NCBI GenBank assembly: GCA_965649765.1
Contig: OZ287758.1
Coordinates: forward strand, 56,296,001-56,360,000
Reading direction: 5' to 3'
DNA from: Bispira polyomma
Taxonomy: Eukaryota
DNA length: 64,000 nucleotides
This document shows, piece after piece, positions 1 through 12,537 of this stretch (positions are counted from its first letter, which is position 1; each line of letters opens with the position of its first letter). The translations under genes and the position numbers were made by a program. The notes beneath the pieces were generated by a model. It did not search any database. It had not been told where the DNA came from and worked only from the letters and a program-made list of their open reading frames with translations.

Positions 1-363
1 TTTAAATTCATATTTAAACAGCAGTAGGAATCCACGTTTATATACTGCAATGTTTAAAGATTATTTTTTAAGTAAAATGGACTCCAATAACCTTGTGAAT
101 TCCGTAAATAATATCTACTATAATGTTGTTTAAAGGTCATACTTATCAGTCACACTTTTTATGAACTTTGGTCTGAAAGATTAAGTCAAATGTACTCTAA
201 TAATCTTCTGAATTCTGTAAATAATATATATACAGTAGACTGTGTGTAACTCAATTCGCTATGACTTGATTTTTGTCATAAATCGAACCATAAAGAAAGT
301 CCAAACATTATATAATAGAAAGACAAGGCAGTGCTGAAAGTTTGACTTTAATTTAGGTATTAA

Positions 364-2717
364 TTAAGCGTCCCTTGAAAAGGGCGCTTATTTGGTTTCA
401 CCCCTGGTTTCCTCACCGCCGCCGCCGCATGGTCTTCCTTGAATATACCCTTCAATATTATCTGCATCAAAATTTTTGGCAGTTCTCTTAACCAGGAGTG
501 GGAAATTTTTTTCATATTCTTGGCTTTGAACTTTGGCCTACTTTAATGTCAGGTGACCCTGGGGGTGTAAAAGTGCTTGTCACTAGGTTTTCTCAAAAAG
601 TATTCATCATAGCTTAATGAAATTTGGTATGTACCTTGGTAAGGCAATTTTCAGGACGGGAGACACTGATGAGATTAATCGGATGATAATTGACCGATTG
701 CCAATCGATTGATTTTTATTGAAATGCGAAAAATCGGTACTTTTTTGCTATCTCGGAAACTATTGGGATTTCGGCTTTTTCTTGGTATAAGTTATTCATC
801 TACTTTTTGATTTTATGTATGATGTAAAAATTTCACAGTTCTAAGTCCAGTACTCAATGAGTACTGAGTACTTCAAATGAGTATTTTGCTCTATTTTGCT
901 CTATCTTGCACTTTTATCAACTTTTCTTTTGAAATACTTGTCATAGTTCAATGAAATTTCACATGCACATTGCAAATACCAAAGCATAGATGTCCGTAAA
1001 TTTTTAGATCAATCTGGTGATAATTGACTGATTGACAGGGTCAATCAATCATACAAAATGGGGAAAAAAATGTGTTGATGGGTGCTTTTTTGAGCGTGTG
1101 AGGATTTCTTTTATTTTTAATTTTAGACCAGTACATGCAGTGCGTAACTTTTAAAGAATAGCCTGAATTTTTATTTAGTTTTTACCCCATCCAAAAATAT
1201 GCGATCGTTACTGATATAAAACAATTTTAATTTCAAAAATTTTAAAAATTAAGGTTTTTTTTTAAATGTCCATTATCTCTGAAACGGTGCTAGATAGAGC
1301 GATTTCGAGCTCATTTTCGTCCCACAGGGCTGATTTTGCTTATACGTAAATTTTTAAAAAAATTTCAATTTTGGCGGCCATCTTGAATTTCTGCTTCTTT
1401 TTCGAAAACGTCCGTTATCTCGGAAACGGTGCTAGATAGGGCAATTTCGAGCTCATTTTCGACCCACAGGGTTGATTTTGCTTATATGTAAACATTTAAA
1501 AAAATTTCAATTTTGGCGGCCATCTTGAATTTCTGCGATTTTTTCGAAAACGTCCGTTATCTCGGAAACGGTGCTAGATAGAGCAATTTCAAGCTAATTT
1601 TCGACCCACAGGGTTGATTTTGCTTATATGTAAACTTTTAAAAAAATTTCAATTTTGGCGGCCATCTTGAATTTCTGCGTCTTTTTCGAAAATGTCTGTT
1701 ATCTCGGAAACGGTGCTAGATAGACCGATTTCGAGCTCATTTTCAATCCACAGGGTTGATTTTGCTTATATTTAAACTTTTAAAAAAATGTTACATTTTG
1801 GCGGCCGTCTTGAATTTCTGCGTCTTTTTCGAAAATGTCCTTTATCTCGGAAACGGTGCTAGATAGAGTGATTTCAAGCTCCTTTTCGACTCATAGGGTT
1901 GATTTTGCTTATATGTAAACTTTTAAAAAAATTTCAATTTTGGCGGCCATCTTGAATTTCTGCGTCTTTTTCGAAAATGTCTGTTATCTCGGAAACGGTG
2001 CTAGATAGAGCAATTTCGAGCTCATTTTCGATCCACAGGGTTGATTTTACTTATATGTAATCTTTCAAAAAAATTTTAATTTTGGCGGCCATCTTGAATT
2101 TCTGGGACTTTTACGAAAATGTCCTTTATCTCGGAAACGGTGCTAGATAGAGCGATTTCGAGCTCATTTTTGATCCACAGGGTTCATTTTACTTATATGT
2201 AAACTTTTTTAAACATTTTAATTTTGTCGGCCATCTTGAATTTCTGCGTCTTTTTCGAAAATGTCATTTATCTTGGAAACGGTGCTAGATAGACCGATTT
2301 CGAGCTCATTTTCAATCCACAGGGTTGATTTTGCTTATATTTAAACTTTTAAAAAAATGTTACATTTTGGCGGCCATCTTGAATTTCTGCGTCTTTTTCG
2401 AAAATGTCCTTTATCTCAGAAACGGTGCTAGATAGAGCGATTTCAAGCTCCTTTTCGACTCATAGGGCTGATTTTTCTTTTATGTAAATTTTTGTAGTAA
2501 TTTTTGATTTGGGCAACCATCTTCAATTTCTGCGTCTTTTTAGAAAACGTCTGTTATCTCGGAAATGGTGATCCTTTTCGAGCTTACATTGACCAAAAGT
2601 GCTGGTTCTGCTTATATGTCAACTTTTAAACAATATCAAACCTTGTACACTAAACAATTTCATTATTATTTCAACTTTAGGGACACTTCCTTTTTGTTAT
2701 CAAAAACCGTTTTCTAG
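364..2717 (+). mobile_element. Non-autonomous Helentron-type (HINE/DINE-1/pearl-like) element carrying an internal satellite
   Basis: 5' subterminal repeat AAGCGTCCCT (366) with a nearby inverted copy AGGGCGCTT (381), then a (GCC)n microsatellite (~417-428) and core tandem repeats. The 3' end has inverted subTIR AGGGACACTT (2679), a short hairpin TTTTTG-TTAT-CAAAAA and ends CTAG|TT. Confidence 0.7.
1265..2625. repeat. ~142-bp tandem repeat, ~9.5 copies (core repeats of the Helentron-like element)
   Basis: GAAACGGTGCTAGATAG recurs at ~1281, 1422, 1565, 1707, 1850, 1992, 2134, 2276, 2419 and 2562. Confidence 0.95.
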
Positions 2718-2754
2718 TTGAACCTATTATCAGGCCACAAGACTTGATTTCAAG

Positions 2755-3634
2755 TCGGGTGTAAATCTGGTGTAATATCTCAATGACCACTCATAACAAG
2801 GTGTACATCTAGTGTCGTATCTCAGTGACCACACATGACATGATAACAAGGTGTAAATTTGGTGTAATACCAGAATGACCACACATAAAGGATGTAAATC
2901 TGGTGTAATATCTAACTGACCACTCATAACAAGGTGTAAATCTGGTGTAATATTCAACTGACCACACATAACAAGGTGTAATTCTAGTGTCATATCTCAG
3001 TGACCACTCATAACAAGGTGTAATTCTAGTGTAATATCACACTGACCTCATATCAAGTCGGGTGATTTCAAGTCGGGTGTAAATATGGTGTAATATCTCA
3101 GTGACCACTCATAACAAGGTGTAAATCTGATGTTATATCTCACTGACCACACATGACATGATAACAAGGTGTAAATTTTGTGATCACACATCACATGGTG
3201 TCAATCTAGTGCAATATCTAACTGACCACTCAGTGACCACACCTAACAAGCTGTCTATCTTCTATTCTTTCAGTTCAAGCATAGAATGGACAAGAAGCTG
3301 TAATATCTAACTGATCACTCACTGACCACACCTAACAAGGTGTCAATCTTGTGTAATATCTAACTGCCCACTCAGTGACCACTAACTGACCACTCACTGA
3401 CCACTCACTGACCACACGTAACAAGCTGTCTATCTTGTATACTTTCAGTTCAAGCATAGAATGGACAAGAAGCTGTAATATCTAACTGACCACTCACTGA
3501 CCCCACCTAACAAGGTGTCAATCTTGTGCAATATCTAACTGACCACTCAGTGACCACTAACTGACCACTCAGTGACCACTAACTGACCACTCAGTGACCA
3601 CACCTAACAAGCTGTCCATCTTGTATACTTTCAG
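2755..3634. repeat. Degenerate ~45-50-bp tandem repeat grading into 3 copies (~175-186 bp) of the first coding-exon acceptor and start codon
   Basis: TGACCACTCATAACAAGGTGTAAATCTGGTGTAATATC units; TTTCAG|TTCAAGCATAGAATGGACAAGAAGC at ~3271, ~3446 and ~3632. Confidence 0.9.
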
Positions 3635-3646
3635 TTCAAGCATAGA

Positions 3647-3818
3647 ATGGACAAGAAGCGAGCTCAGACGCCTGTGGAATGTGAGGCCTGTGGCCTCAAG
3701 TTAAACTCTGACGCACAGGCTCAGCAGCATTTCAGCGGCAAGGCGCATATTAAGAAGCTCCGTAAACTGGGTCTGCCCATCCCAGAGGAGTATCTGAGTA
3801 AGGTGACAGCCAGATCAG
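3647..3818 (+). CDS. Matrin/U1-type zinc finger protein (ZNF385/ZNF346-like), coding exon 1, finger 1
   Basis: Acceptor tttcag at 3629-3634, ATG 3647, CEACGLKLNSDAQAQQHFSGKAHIKK (C-x2-C-x12-H-x5-H), donor CAG|GTGAGT at 3819, phase 1. Confidence 0.9.
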
Positions 3819-4136
3819 GTGAGTGTGGGTGGGTGTGTGTGTCTTTTAGTGTATGTGTGTGAGTATCATAATACCCTATTGCCCTACTACTTCCTGGCAC
3901 TGTTAGTCCCAAGAACTAAATGTAAAACCTTAGGAGGTTATGTGTGTGGGTGTTTAAGTGTATGTGTGAGTATCTTAAGTCCCTATTGCCCCACTACTTC
4001 CTAACACTGTTAGTCCCAAGAACTGACTGTAAAACTTTGGGAGGTTGTGTGGGTGTGTGTGTGTGGGTGGGTGTGTGTATAATTGTATGTGTGAGTATCT
4101 TAGCCCCTGTTGCCCTACTATCTCCTGACACTCTTA
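3819..4136. repeat. ~115-125-bp tandem repeat (3 copies) starting at the exon-1 donor; third copy interrupted by a DNA transposon and resumes at 5500-5545
   Basis: GTGAGTATC..CCCTATTGCCCTACTACTTCCT..CACTGTTAGTCCCAAGAACT repeated. Confidence 0.85.
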
Positions 4137-5499
4137 AGGTCCAGGCACACAGAACCGCATCCGGATCGGGATCGGGATCCGTATAATTATCCGAAAACGG
4201 ATTTTGATTTTTTCCATTCACACAGGACAGATTATCTAGCCGAATCATGCGCACAGAATGTGCGCAAAAACGGTAAATTTACCGTGAAAACGAGTTTTTA
4301 TATGTTAAAATATGTGAGAACACATGAATACTTTGAGAATAATTTATACAGAGTATGTTACTTTTGTAACCAAAACATATGTGATTCTTTGTATAAGATT
4401 TAATAAATTATGTAGATTATGAACATATGTTTGATGTGTATGTAGGTATGTCTTATTTTGTTAACATCTATTATCAAATACACCCAAAAACGTAAAGGAA
4501 AAAAATATTAACAACATTTCTTTTTTTGGCATACCTGTAGAATTTTATAAGAACTTTGTTAATATTCCATGAATTTTCATTCTGCAAAAAATTACATAAT
4601 TTATAATTATGTGACTCTCAGAACATGGAACCAGAAGTTCTTTAGCATTTAAAATGTTTAAGATATAGAATTTTTTTTAATGTGTTATCCTTATAAATTT
4701 GATTTTATTAAAAAAAATCTTTTAACTATCATTTCAAAATGTTATATTTTAGTCGATATTAAAAATATTTTCAGTTTTAAAACACATCAAACTAGGATAT
4801 ATTGTCTTTAATATCATATATGTGTTATGTTTGTAGGTTATATAGTTTCTGAGCCAGGAATATTATTAAATCAATTGTCTTCCTCACAATATGGTGATTT
4901 TTTTTAATTTCTTAGGTAGCGAACTAGCTTTGAACTAAACTTTCTCAGCCATTATATAAACTATTTTTATTCTGTAAAAAGTCCTAGAAAGCCTATTCAT
5001 TTAGCTTCAGGTATATGTAATTTGAATAATATGAACACATATACTGACTGAGATATGAGCATTTAATCAATAACCTCCACTCTAAAAACTGCCATTTTTA
5101 ACAATTTTGGATATACAGTCCAACTTCAACAAATGATATCTATATAACGATTTAAATGAATTGAAATTTGTGATTTTCATCACAAAGTACAAATTAAGAG
5201 CTTTCTATTGATATAAAAACGAAAATTTTAGTTCAAGTATTTTTATAGATACAGCCATTTAACCAATTAAAATTTTTGGGGAAAACTTCATAAACTAAAT
5301 AATGTTTTGTGCGAGTGGCAAATCTTTGAATGCTTGCTGGAAATCCGCTTGGCGGATCCGCCTAAAATTAAGTATGAAATCCGTGTAATTTTATACGGCC
5401 CGGATCCGCAGTCTGTGTGTCTGCTTGTACTGTTTTATTTGGTTCTAAAAGATACGGATCCCGATCCCGATCCGGATGCGGTTCTGTGTGTCTGGACCT
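4137..5499. mobile_element. Non-autonomous PIF/Harbinger-like DNA transposon, 1363 bp
   Basis: ~48-bp TIRs AGGTCCAG(G/A)CACACAGAACCGCATCCGGATCGGGATCGGGATCCGTAT with 1 mismatch. TTA target duplication at 4134-4136 and 5500-5502. The empty site CTGTTAGTCCCAAG is visible in neighbouring repeat copies. No transposase ORF. Confidence 0.88.
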
Positions 5500-6994
5500 T
5501 TAGTCCCAAGAACTGACTGTAAAACCCTGGGAGGTTGTGTGTTTAGCTCAGCTACACCACCATTGTGGAACTCTCTGTTAATCAAGTTGAGATGTTGCAA
5601 AGGGTGCAAGACTTAAAATCATTAAAAATTTACTTGTAAATTGCTCAGTAGTCGGCGCTTTTATAAATGTAAACCCTGTTTGTATTCACTCACTTTTGTA
5701 CCACTGAGGACAATGCCTGGACGTGGATTGTGGCACTATGGATGAAAGTCGTATTTACAAGTCGATCCTTTAGTTACAACTTGTTCTTAGAATAAGAATC
5801 TTCTTAGTCAAGAATTGTAAATAGAAATGTGGGCACACATCTTTTATGATGGTCATTTTAAGAGTAACAATTTTGGTGAAATAGGTTTATTATCTGAATA
5901 TGGCATCCTGGCATTGTTTATATAAAAACAACAGCATCAGATTTCATGATCCTCCATCGGTTGCTACAAATCACGTGCATGAGAACATTGGCCTAAGGTC
6001 TATATAGTTGTGTTTGTACAGTTCACCTATTTCTATCTAGTCTTGTTTTATGTAACATCAACATCAACTAATCTACACTGAATTCCTTAGGGCACTTCCC
6101 CACCCCCTTCACCCCCCCCCCCTCTAACAAAACACACCATTAATTCAGCCTCATTTTCTGGTTAAATTACAGTGTGTAAACAATTGTAGCATAGGGAAAA
6201 GTCAATATATGAACCCTTTGTAGCCCTAGGTAGTTGGCTAGCCGGTGAGAGCATTTATTTAACTCCAAAAACCTCTGTTTTCCTTTCAGCATGATGCGTT
6301 TTACCACTGAAAATTTGCTGAAAGTATAGCAAAACCAAGCTACTGCATTATCCCTATTTACTCTAATAGTGAAGACAAAGTTTAATATTGTTTTATATTT
6401 CCTTCTGTTCCTCGTAATAGGAAATTGTTAGTACAGCAGACTCCTTTGTTCAAAAAGTTATACATGAGGCCCGTTATTGAATGCCAGAAGTAGAGTCTGT
6501 AGGGTGTGTTTTAGTGACTCCAGCTATCTCTAACCTATTACCCCAAAAAATGTCCTTCACTTCCCGGCAATAGTTTTCTTTTGAGGTGGTAAGGGTTAAA
6601 CAGCGTCTTTTCTTGTGGCGCCCCCTGTGTCTATCAGAATAGACAGGCTGTGTGTTCTAGTGGCGCCTCTAAATCAGAATAGTCAGGCTGTGTTTTCATT
6701 GGCTGTTTACACACCGGTGTTTTAGATTTGTTTTGTATTTACTGAGAGCCAGTCTTTATAATCAGGTTTGTTGGTCTTTTAATTATTATTATATACAAAC
6801 TTTTTGTGCGCTTAATTTTTGATGTATATGCTAAGGCGCGATAAAACATAAGGGGTAGAGGCAATATCATAAGGTCTTTTCTAATATCAGAAAAGATCTA
6901 ATATCAGAAAGGTCGTCCATAAAAGGGCCCCAGTTTTATACTACAAGAAATTCTCTAAGAAAAGCCCAAACTTTTGAATATCAGCCCTTATTTT

Positions 6995-7187
6995 AGATAT
7001 CAATAGATCCAGCAGTATCAGTAGATATCAATAGATCCAATAGTATCAGTAGATATAAATAGATCCAGTAATATCAGTAGATATCAATAGATCCAGTAGT
7101 ATCAGTAGATATCAATAGATCCAGTAATATCAGTAGATGTCAATAGATCCAGTAATATCAGTAGATATCAATAGATCCAGTAATATC
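6995..7187. repeat. 28-bp tandem repeat, ~7 copies
   Basis: AGATATCAATAGATCCAGTAATATCAGT with period 28. Confidence 0.92.
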
Positions 7188-8150
7188 ATTGTGAGGGTAT
7201 TGGTCAACTTTTTTTTATATATTATTAGGAAATTTTCCGACATTTTTATACACTACTTTGTCACGTTTGCCCTATTTCATCTGTACATTGCTCTGAACTT
7301 TGCACTTGGTAAGACATATGTGAATTTGTTATATAAAAATGAGATTTGGTGAACAATTTCAGTCTTAAATAAGGCTAGATGGTTGTGTAAATGAATGTGT
7401 ACATGGATGTTTAGGTAATTCTTGGTCTGTTTATCTTGTCTTAAAAAACTCAGCACAACAGTAAGTGTGTGTACACATGTATGCGGCTTGCGAATTGCAA
7501 TTTACTTCTCCCCTCCGACGCCCCCCTCTCCCCCCCACGCTGCCCCCCTCCCCTTACTATTGAATTATCACCTTAAACAGTGCGATTTTATATTCTCATC
7601 CGATTTTTTCGGTCCTGGAGCGAAAAGTTCGCATTCGGAAGCTGCAGATCGTGCGTCGCAATTCGCAGTCTGACATATGTGAACAAATTAACAAAATATA
7701 TGAGGAGACAAAAAATCGCAGCCGCAAATCGGATGTCTGATGTCGGAAGCAGCTTACATGTGTACATACACTTAAAAAACTGTAAAAAAAGAGGCCTAGC
7801 ATTTTCCAGAAGACTGGCTGGTGAACTATCTGTTAATACAGGTTAATAGTTGAGATACAGTGATGTTTTTATCACAAATGTTTCTCAAGGTTGTAAAAAC
7901 AGTCCACACTTTGTATAGAGTTTGTATAAAGTAGGAGTGAGCCCCACTAAGGTTCTCTTATAAAGCAAGGTTTGTGAGATTAAAAGTGAAGATATTTTAC
8001 TCACATAACTTCAAGCAATTTGGTGGAAGTTGAAACTATTGAGTGTGTGTCTGTCTGTCTGAATATGACAGTCTAGTAGTAGTACATCTGTTGTCTACTA
8101 AATGTGACAGTATAATCTAGTACTAGTATATCTGTTATCTACACAAATGC

Positions 8151-8384
8151 TGTAGAACCTCTCTTATCCAAACTTCTGTTTTTCAAATATTCGATTTTAT
8201 CAACTCATTTCCATTCTCTCCCAAAGTTTCCTATTATTTTATACTATGACATGCCTCTTTCCACCTTTGGAACCTTCTATTATTTTATACTATGACATGC
8301 CTCTTTCCATCCTAGGAACCTTCTATTATAATCCAAACAGACTCTTGATCTCCCAACATGTTGAGATAATACAGGTCCTACTGT
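8151..8384. mobile_element. Degenerate Tc1/mariner-type MITE (CAGTAGAACCTC terminus family)
   Basis: Left TGTAGAACCTCTCTTATC, right GATAATACAGGTCCTACTG. Related termini occur at ~11141-11162, ~26381 and ~33559. Confidence 0.5.
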
Positions 8385-8656
8385 CTCATATTTGACGAGG
8401 CAACATAAAGTTAATTAGATGTAGAAGATGCTCTTAGTATAAACTAAAATTGAAAAACTAGTCAAATTGTAGAATTTAGTGGACACAAGGCGGCCATCTT
8501 GCCAGTAGTTGTCGTATCTCTCCCTCATTAGTGATTGATGTTTTCCCTGGGGTTGGGACTGATGTATTCATACATGGACCAATTGATGGTTCTTGTGAAT
8601 TGTAGAAGTGTTCAGAAACGGAAAATTTAGGAGAGGAGGAAAAAAATGTGTCCCTA

Positions 8657-9113
8657 ATGTCCTGGTCCCACCGGCTGTCACGTTAGGAGTCGTTAAAAAA
8701 TTAATTTGCGTAGGGTTTGCATGAAGTATGCAGGAGTTAACATAATATACATAAACATACATAACCTGGCGTGAGAGATGAGATGCAAAAAATTTATAAT
8801 TTTAAACCGTTTGAAATTTGGACACGCAAGAGATGCAAAAGTATGACGTCCTGAAATGTGGATATGTGTCACAGTGTGTAAATGTGCATCATCATGATGT
8901 CATTTTACGTGTATTAGCGTACTCATACATGTGATACAGGGGTTTAAATACATACTTGGACGTGAACTTATGCATCACCTGCGAGACTTTACAGCTTTTG
9001 ATGTACTAATAGATGAATTTTAAAGGAGTTTTGCATGACGTTTTGCATCAAATATTTCATAAGGCCATGCGTGACTTACATATCCTAACGTATATCCGGT
9101 GGGACCGGCCCAT
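8657..9113. mobile_element. MITE with ~30-bp imperfect TIRs
   Basis: ATGTCCTGGTCCCACCGGCTGTCACGTTAGGA ... TCCTAACGTATATCCGGTGGGACCGGCCCAT, flanked by TA. Confidence 0.65.
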
Positions 9114-9255
9114 TAGATGGAATGTGGTGAGATGATTAAGTATTTATTGTAGAGTTGTGAATTGTTAGCTGGTAGTTAAAGTATTGGAGGTCAAAGATCA
9201 CACTGTGTATTGTAGAGATGACCAATGAAAGCTGGCTAAAAACCGACTAGAAATT

Positions 9256-9385
9256 AGAACAAGTCATTAGAACAAGTCACTGCATAGATTGGAACAAGTC
9301 ACTGCATACATTGGAACAAGTCACTGCATACATTAGAACAAGTCACTGCATACATTGGAACATGTCACTGCATACATTAGAACAA
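9256..9385. repeat. 22-bp tandem repeat, ~5 copies
   Basis: GAACAAGTCACTGCATACATT(A/G). Confidence 0.9.
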
Positions 9386-9852
9386 AAATGGAGACAGCAT
9401 TGTTTCTGTATGTTTGTTGGAAATGAAAAAATGTCCAAACTTTATGGTAAATAGGGATAATGCAGTAGCTTAGTTGGTTTTGCTATACTTTCAGCAAATT
9501 TTCAGTGGTAAAACGCAACATGCTGATAGAAAGCATAGGCTTAGGAATGAGTTTTGAGGATGAGATCTGTTATTACACACAGAGTTGAGGGAATGAGGTA
9601 AAACACTGGCTCACTCTGTAGGCATTAAAAGGTCTATTAACAAGCTGATAGGAGGGACTAATGGTTCTAGGGGTCATAGCAGGGGTAGGTGTGTGCAAAT
9701 CACTAGCAAACACTTGAATCACTTTCTGGAATACTCAGCTTTGTTAGTGGCTTATAAAGGCCCAGTCCCACATAGGTGGATTGGCTATAGGTGACAAGAC
9801 ATGGCTTATAAAGGCCCAGTCCCACATAGGTGGATTGGCTATAAGGGCTATA

Positions 9853-11005
9853 AGAGATCTCAGCTACTCCTTACTGATATAAGGTAGACCCTCTATTATC
9901 TGTTCATGTTGGGAGATCTCAGCTTCTCCTTACTGATATAAGGTAAACGCTCTATAATCTGTACATGTCAGGAGATCTCAGCTTCTCCTTACTGATATAA
10001 GGTAGACCCTCTATAATCTGTACATGTTAAGAGATCTCAGCTACTCCTTACTGATATAAGGTAGACCCTCTATTATCTGTACATGTTAAGAGATCTCAGC
10101 TACTCCTTACTGATATAAGGTAGACCCTCTATTATTATCTGTACATGTTGGGAGATCTCAGCTACTCCTTACTGATATAAGGTAGACCCTCTATTATCTG
10201 TACATGTTGGGAGATCTCAGCTACTCCTTACTGATATAAGGTAGACCCTCTATTATCTGTACATGTTGGGAGATCTCAGCTACTCCTTATTGATATAAGG
10301 TAGACCCTCTATTATCTGTTCATGTTGGGAGATCTCAGCTACTCCTTACTGATATAAGGTAGACCCTCTATAATCTCAGATACTCCTTACTGATATAATG
10401 TGGACCCTCTATTATCTGTTCATGTCAGGAGATCTCAGCTAATCCTCACTGATATAAGGTAAACCCTCTATTATCTGTACATGTTAAGAGATCTTAGCTA
10501 CTCCTTACTGATATAAGGTAGACCCTCTATTATCTGTACATGTTAAGAGATCTCAGCTACTCCTTACTGATATAAGGTAGACCCTCTATAATCTCAGATA
10601 CTCCTTACTGATATAATGTGGACCCTCTATTATCTGTTCATGTCAGGAGATCTCAGCTAATCCTCACTGATATAAGGTAAACCCTCTATTATCTGTACAT
10701 GTTAAGAGATCTTAGCTACTCCTTACTGATATAAGGTAGACCCTCTATTATCTGTACATGTTGGGAGGTCTCAGCTACTCCTTACTGATATAAGGTAGAC
10801 CCTCTATTATCCGTACATGTTGGGAGATCTCAGCTACTCCTTACTGATATAAGGTAGACCCTCTATTATCTGTACATGTTGGGAGGTCTCAGCTACTCCT
10901 TACTGATATAAGGTAGACCCTCTATTATCCGTACATGTTGAGAGATCTCAGCTACTCCTTACTGATATAAGGTAGACCCTCTATTATCTGTTCATGTTGG
11001 GAGAG
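9853..11005. repeat. 59-bp tandem repeat, ~19-20 copies, spanning the left end of a MITE
   Basis: GAGATCTCAGCTACTCCTTACTGATATAAGGTAGACCCTCTATTATCTGTACATGTT, period 59. The MITE body continues to the right TIR GATAATCGAGGTTCTACTG|TA at ~11160. Confidence 0.95.
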
Positions 11006-11237
11006 AACAAGATTTAGTTTAGATATTAGAAGGTTTGTAATCGTAAAATAAAAAAGGGGATTCTGTACAAAACATACATTTGGGAAAGTCAAACTTATTT
11101 CTTAAAATCAAATACAAATGTGTTTAGAGAATAGAAGTCCTGATAATCGAGGTTCTACTGTAAATGTTTTACCCCTGTCTCCCTGGATTTGACAATTCTT
11201 CTCTGTTCCAGTAAAACAAACAGCTTGTTTTTCCAGT

Positions 11238-12537
11238 GGTTACTTGAGCTGTCCTCCATTATAGACTGTACAGTATTGTATGTTAATACCTTCCTGTTGG
11301 TTACACAAGCTGTCCTCCATTATAGACTGTACAGTATTGTATGTTAATACCTTCCTGTTGGTTACACAAGCTGTCCTCCATTATAGACTGTACAGTATTG
11401 TATGTTAATACCTTCCTGTTGGTTACACAAGCTGTCCTCCATTATAGACTGTACAGTATTGTATGTTAATACCTTCCTGTTGGTTACACAAGCTGTCCTC
11501 CATTATAGACTGTACAGTATTGTATGTTAATACCTTCCTGTTGGTTACACAAGCTATCCTCCATTATAGACTGTACAGTATTGTATGTTAATACCTTCCT
11601 GTTGGTTACACAAGCTGTCCTCCATTATAGACTGTACAGTATTGTATGTTAATACCTTCCTGTTGGTTACACAAGCTGTCCTCCATTATAGACTGTACAG
11701 TATTGTATGTTAATACCTTCCTGTTGGTTACACAAGCTGTCCTCCATTATAGACTGTACAGTATTGTATGTTAATACCTTCCTGTTGGTTACACAAGCTG
11801 TCCTCCATTATAGTCTGTACAGTATTGTATGTTAATACCTTCCTGTTGGTTACACAAGCTGTCCTCCATTATAGTCTGTACAGTATTGTATGTTAATACC
11901 TTCCTGTTGGTTAGACAAGCTGTCCTCCATTATAGACTGTACAGTATTGTATGTTAATACCTTCCTGTTGGTTACACAAGCTGTCCTCCATTATAGACTG
12001 TACAGTATTGTATGTTAATACCTTCCTGTTGGTTACACAAGCTGTCCTCCATTATAGACTGTACAGTATTGTATGTTAATACCTTCCTGTTGGTTACTCA
12101 AGCTGTCCTTCATTATAGTCTGTACAGTATTGTATGTTAATACCTTCCTGTTGGTTACACAAGCTGTCCTCCATTATAGACTGTACAGTATTGTATGTTA
12201 ATACCTTCCTGTTGGTTACTCAAGCTGTCCTTCATTATAGTCTGTACAGTATTGTATGTTAATACCTTCCTGTTGGTTACATGAGCTGTCCTTCATTATA
12301 GTCTGTACAGAGCTGTATGTTGATACCTTCCTGTTGGTTACTCAGACTGTCCTCCATTATAGACTGTACAGAGCTGTATGTTAATACCTTCCTGTTGGTT
12401 AGACAAGCTGTCCTCCATTATAGACTGTACAGTATTGTATGTTAATACCTTCCTGTTGGTTACACAAGCTGTCCTTCATTATAGGGTGTACAGTGCTGTA
12501 TGTTAATACCTTCCTCTTGGTTACACAAGCTGTCCTT
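11238..12537. repeat. 61-bp tandem repeat, ~21 near-identical copies
   Basis: GCTGTCCTCCATTATAGACTGTACAGTATTGTATGTTAATACCTTCCTGTTGGTTACACAA. Confidence 0.97.

Noticed and set aside
9853-12537. CRISPR-like appearance of regular repeats
   Set aside because: Head-to-tail units with no unique spacers, no cas genes, eukaryotic context.
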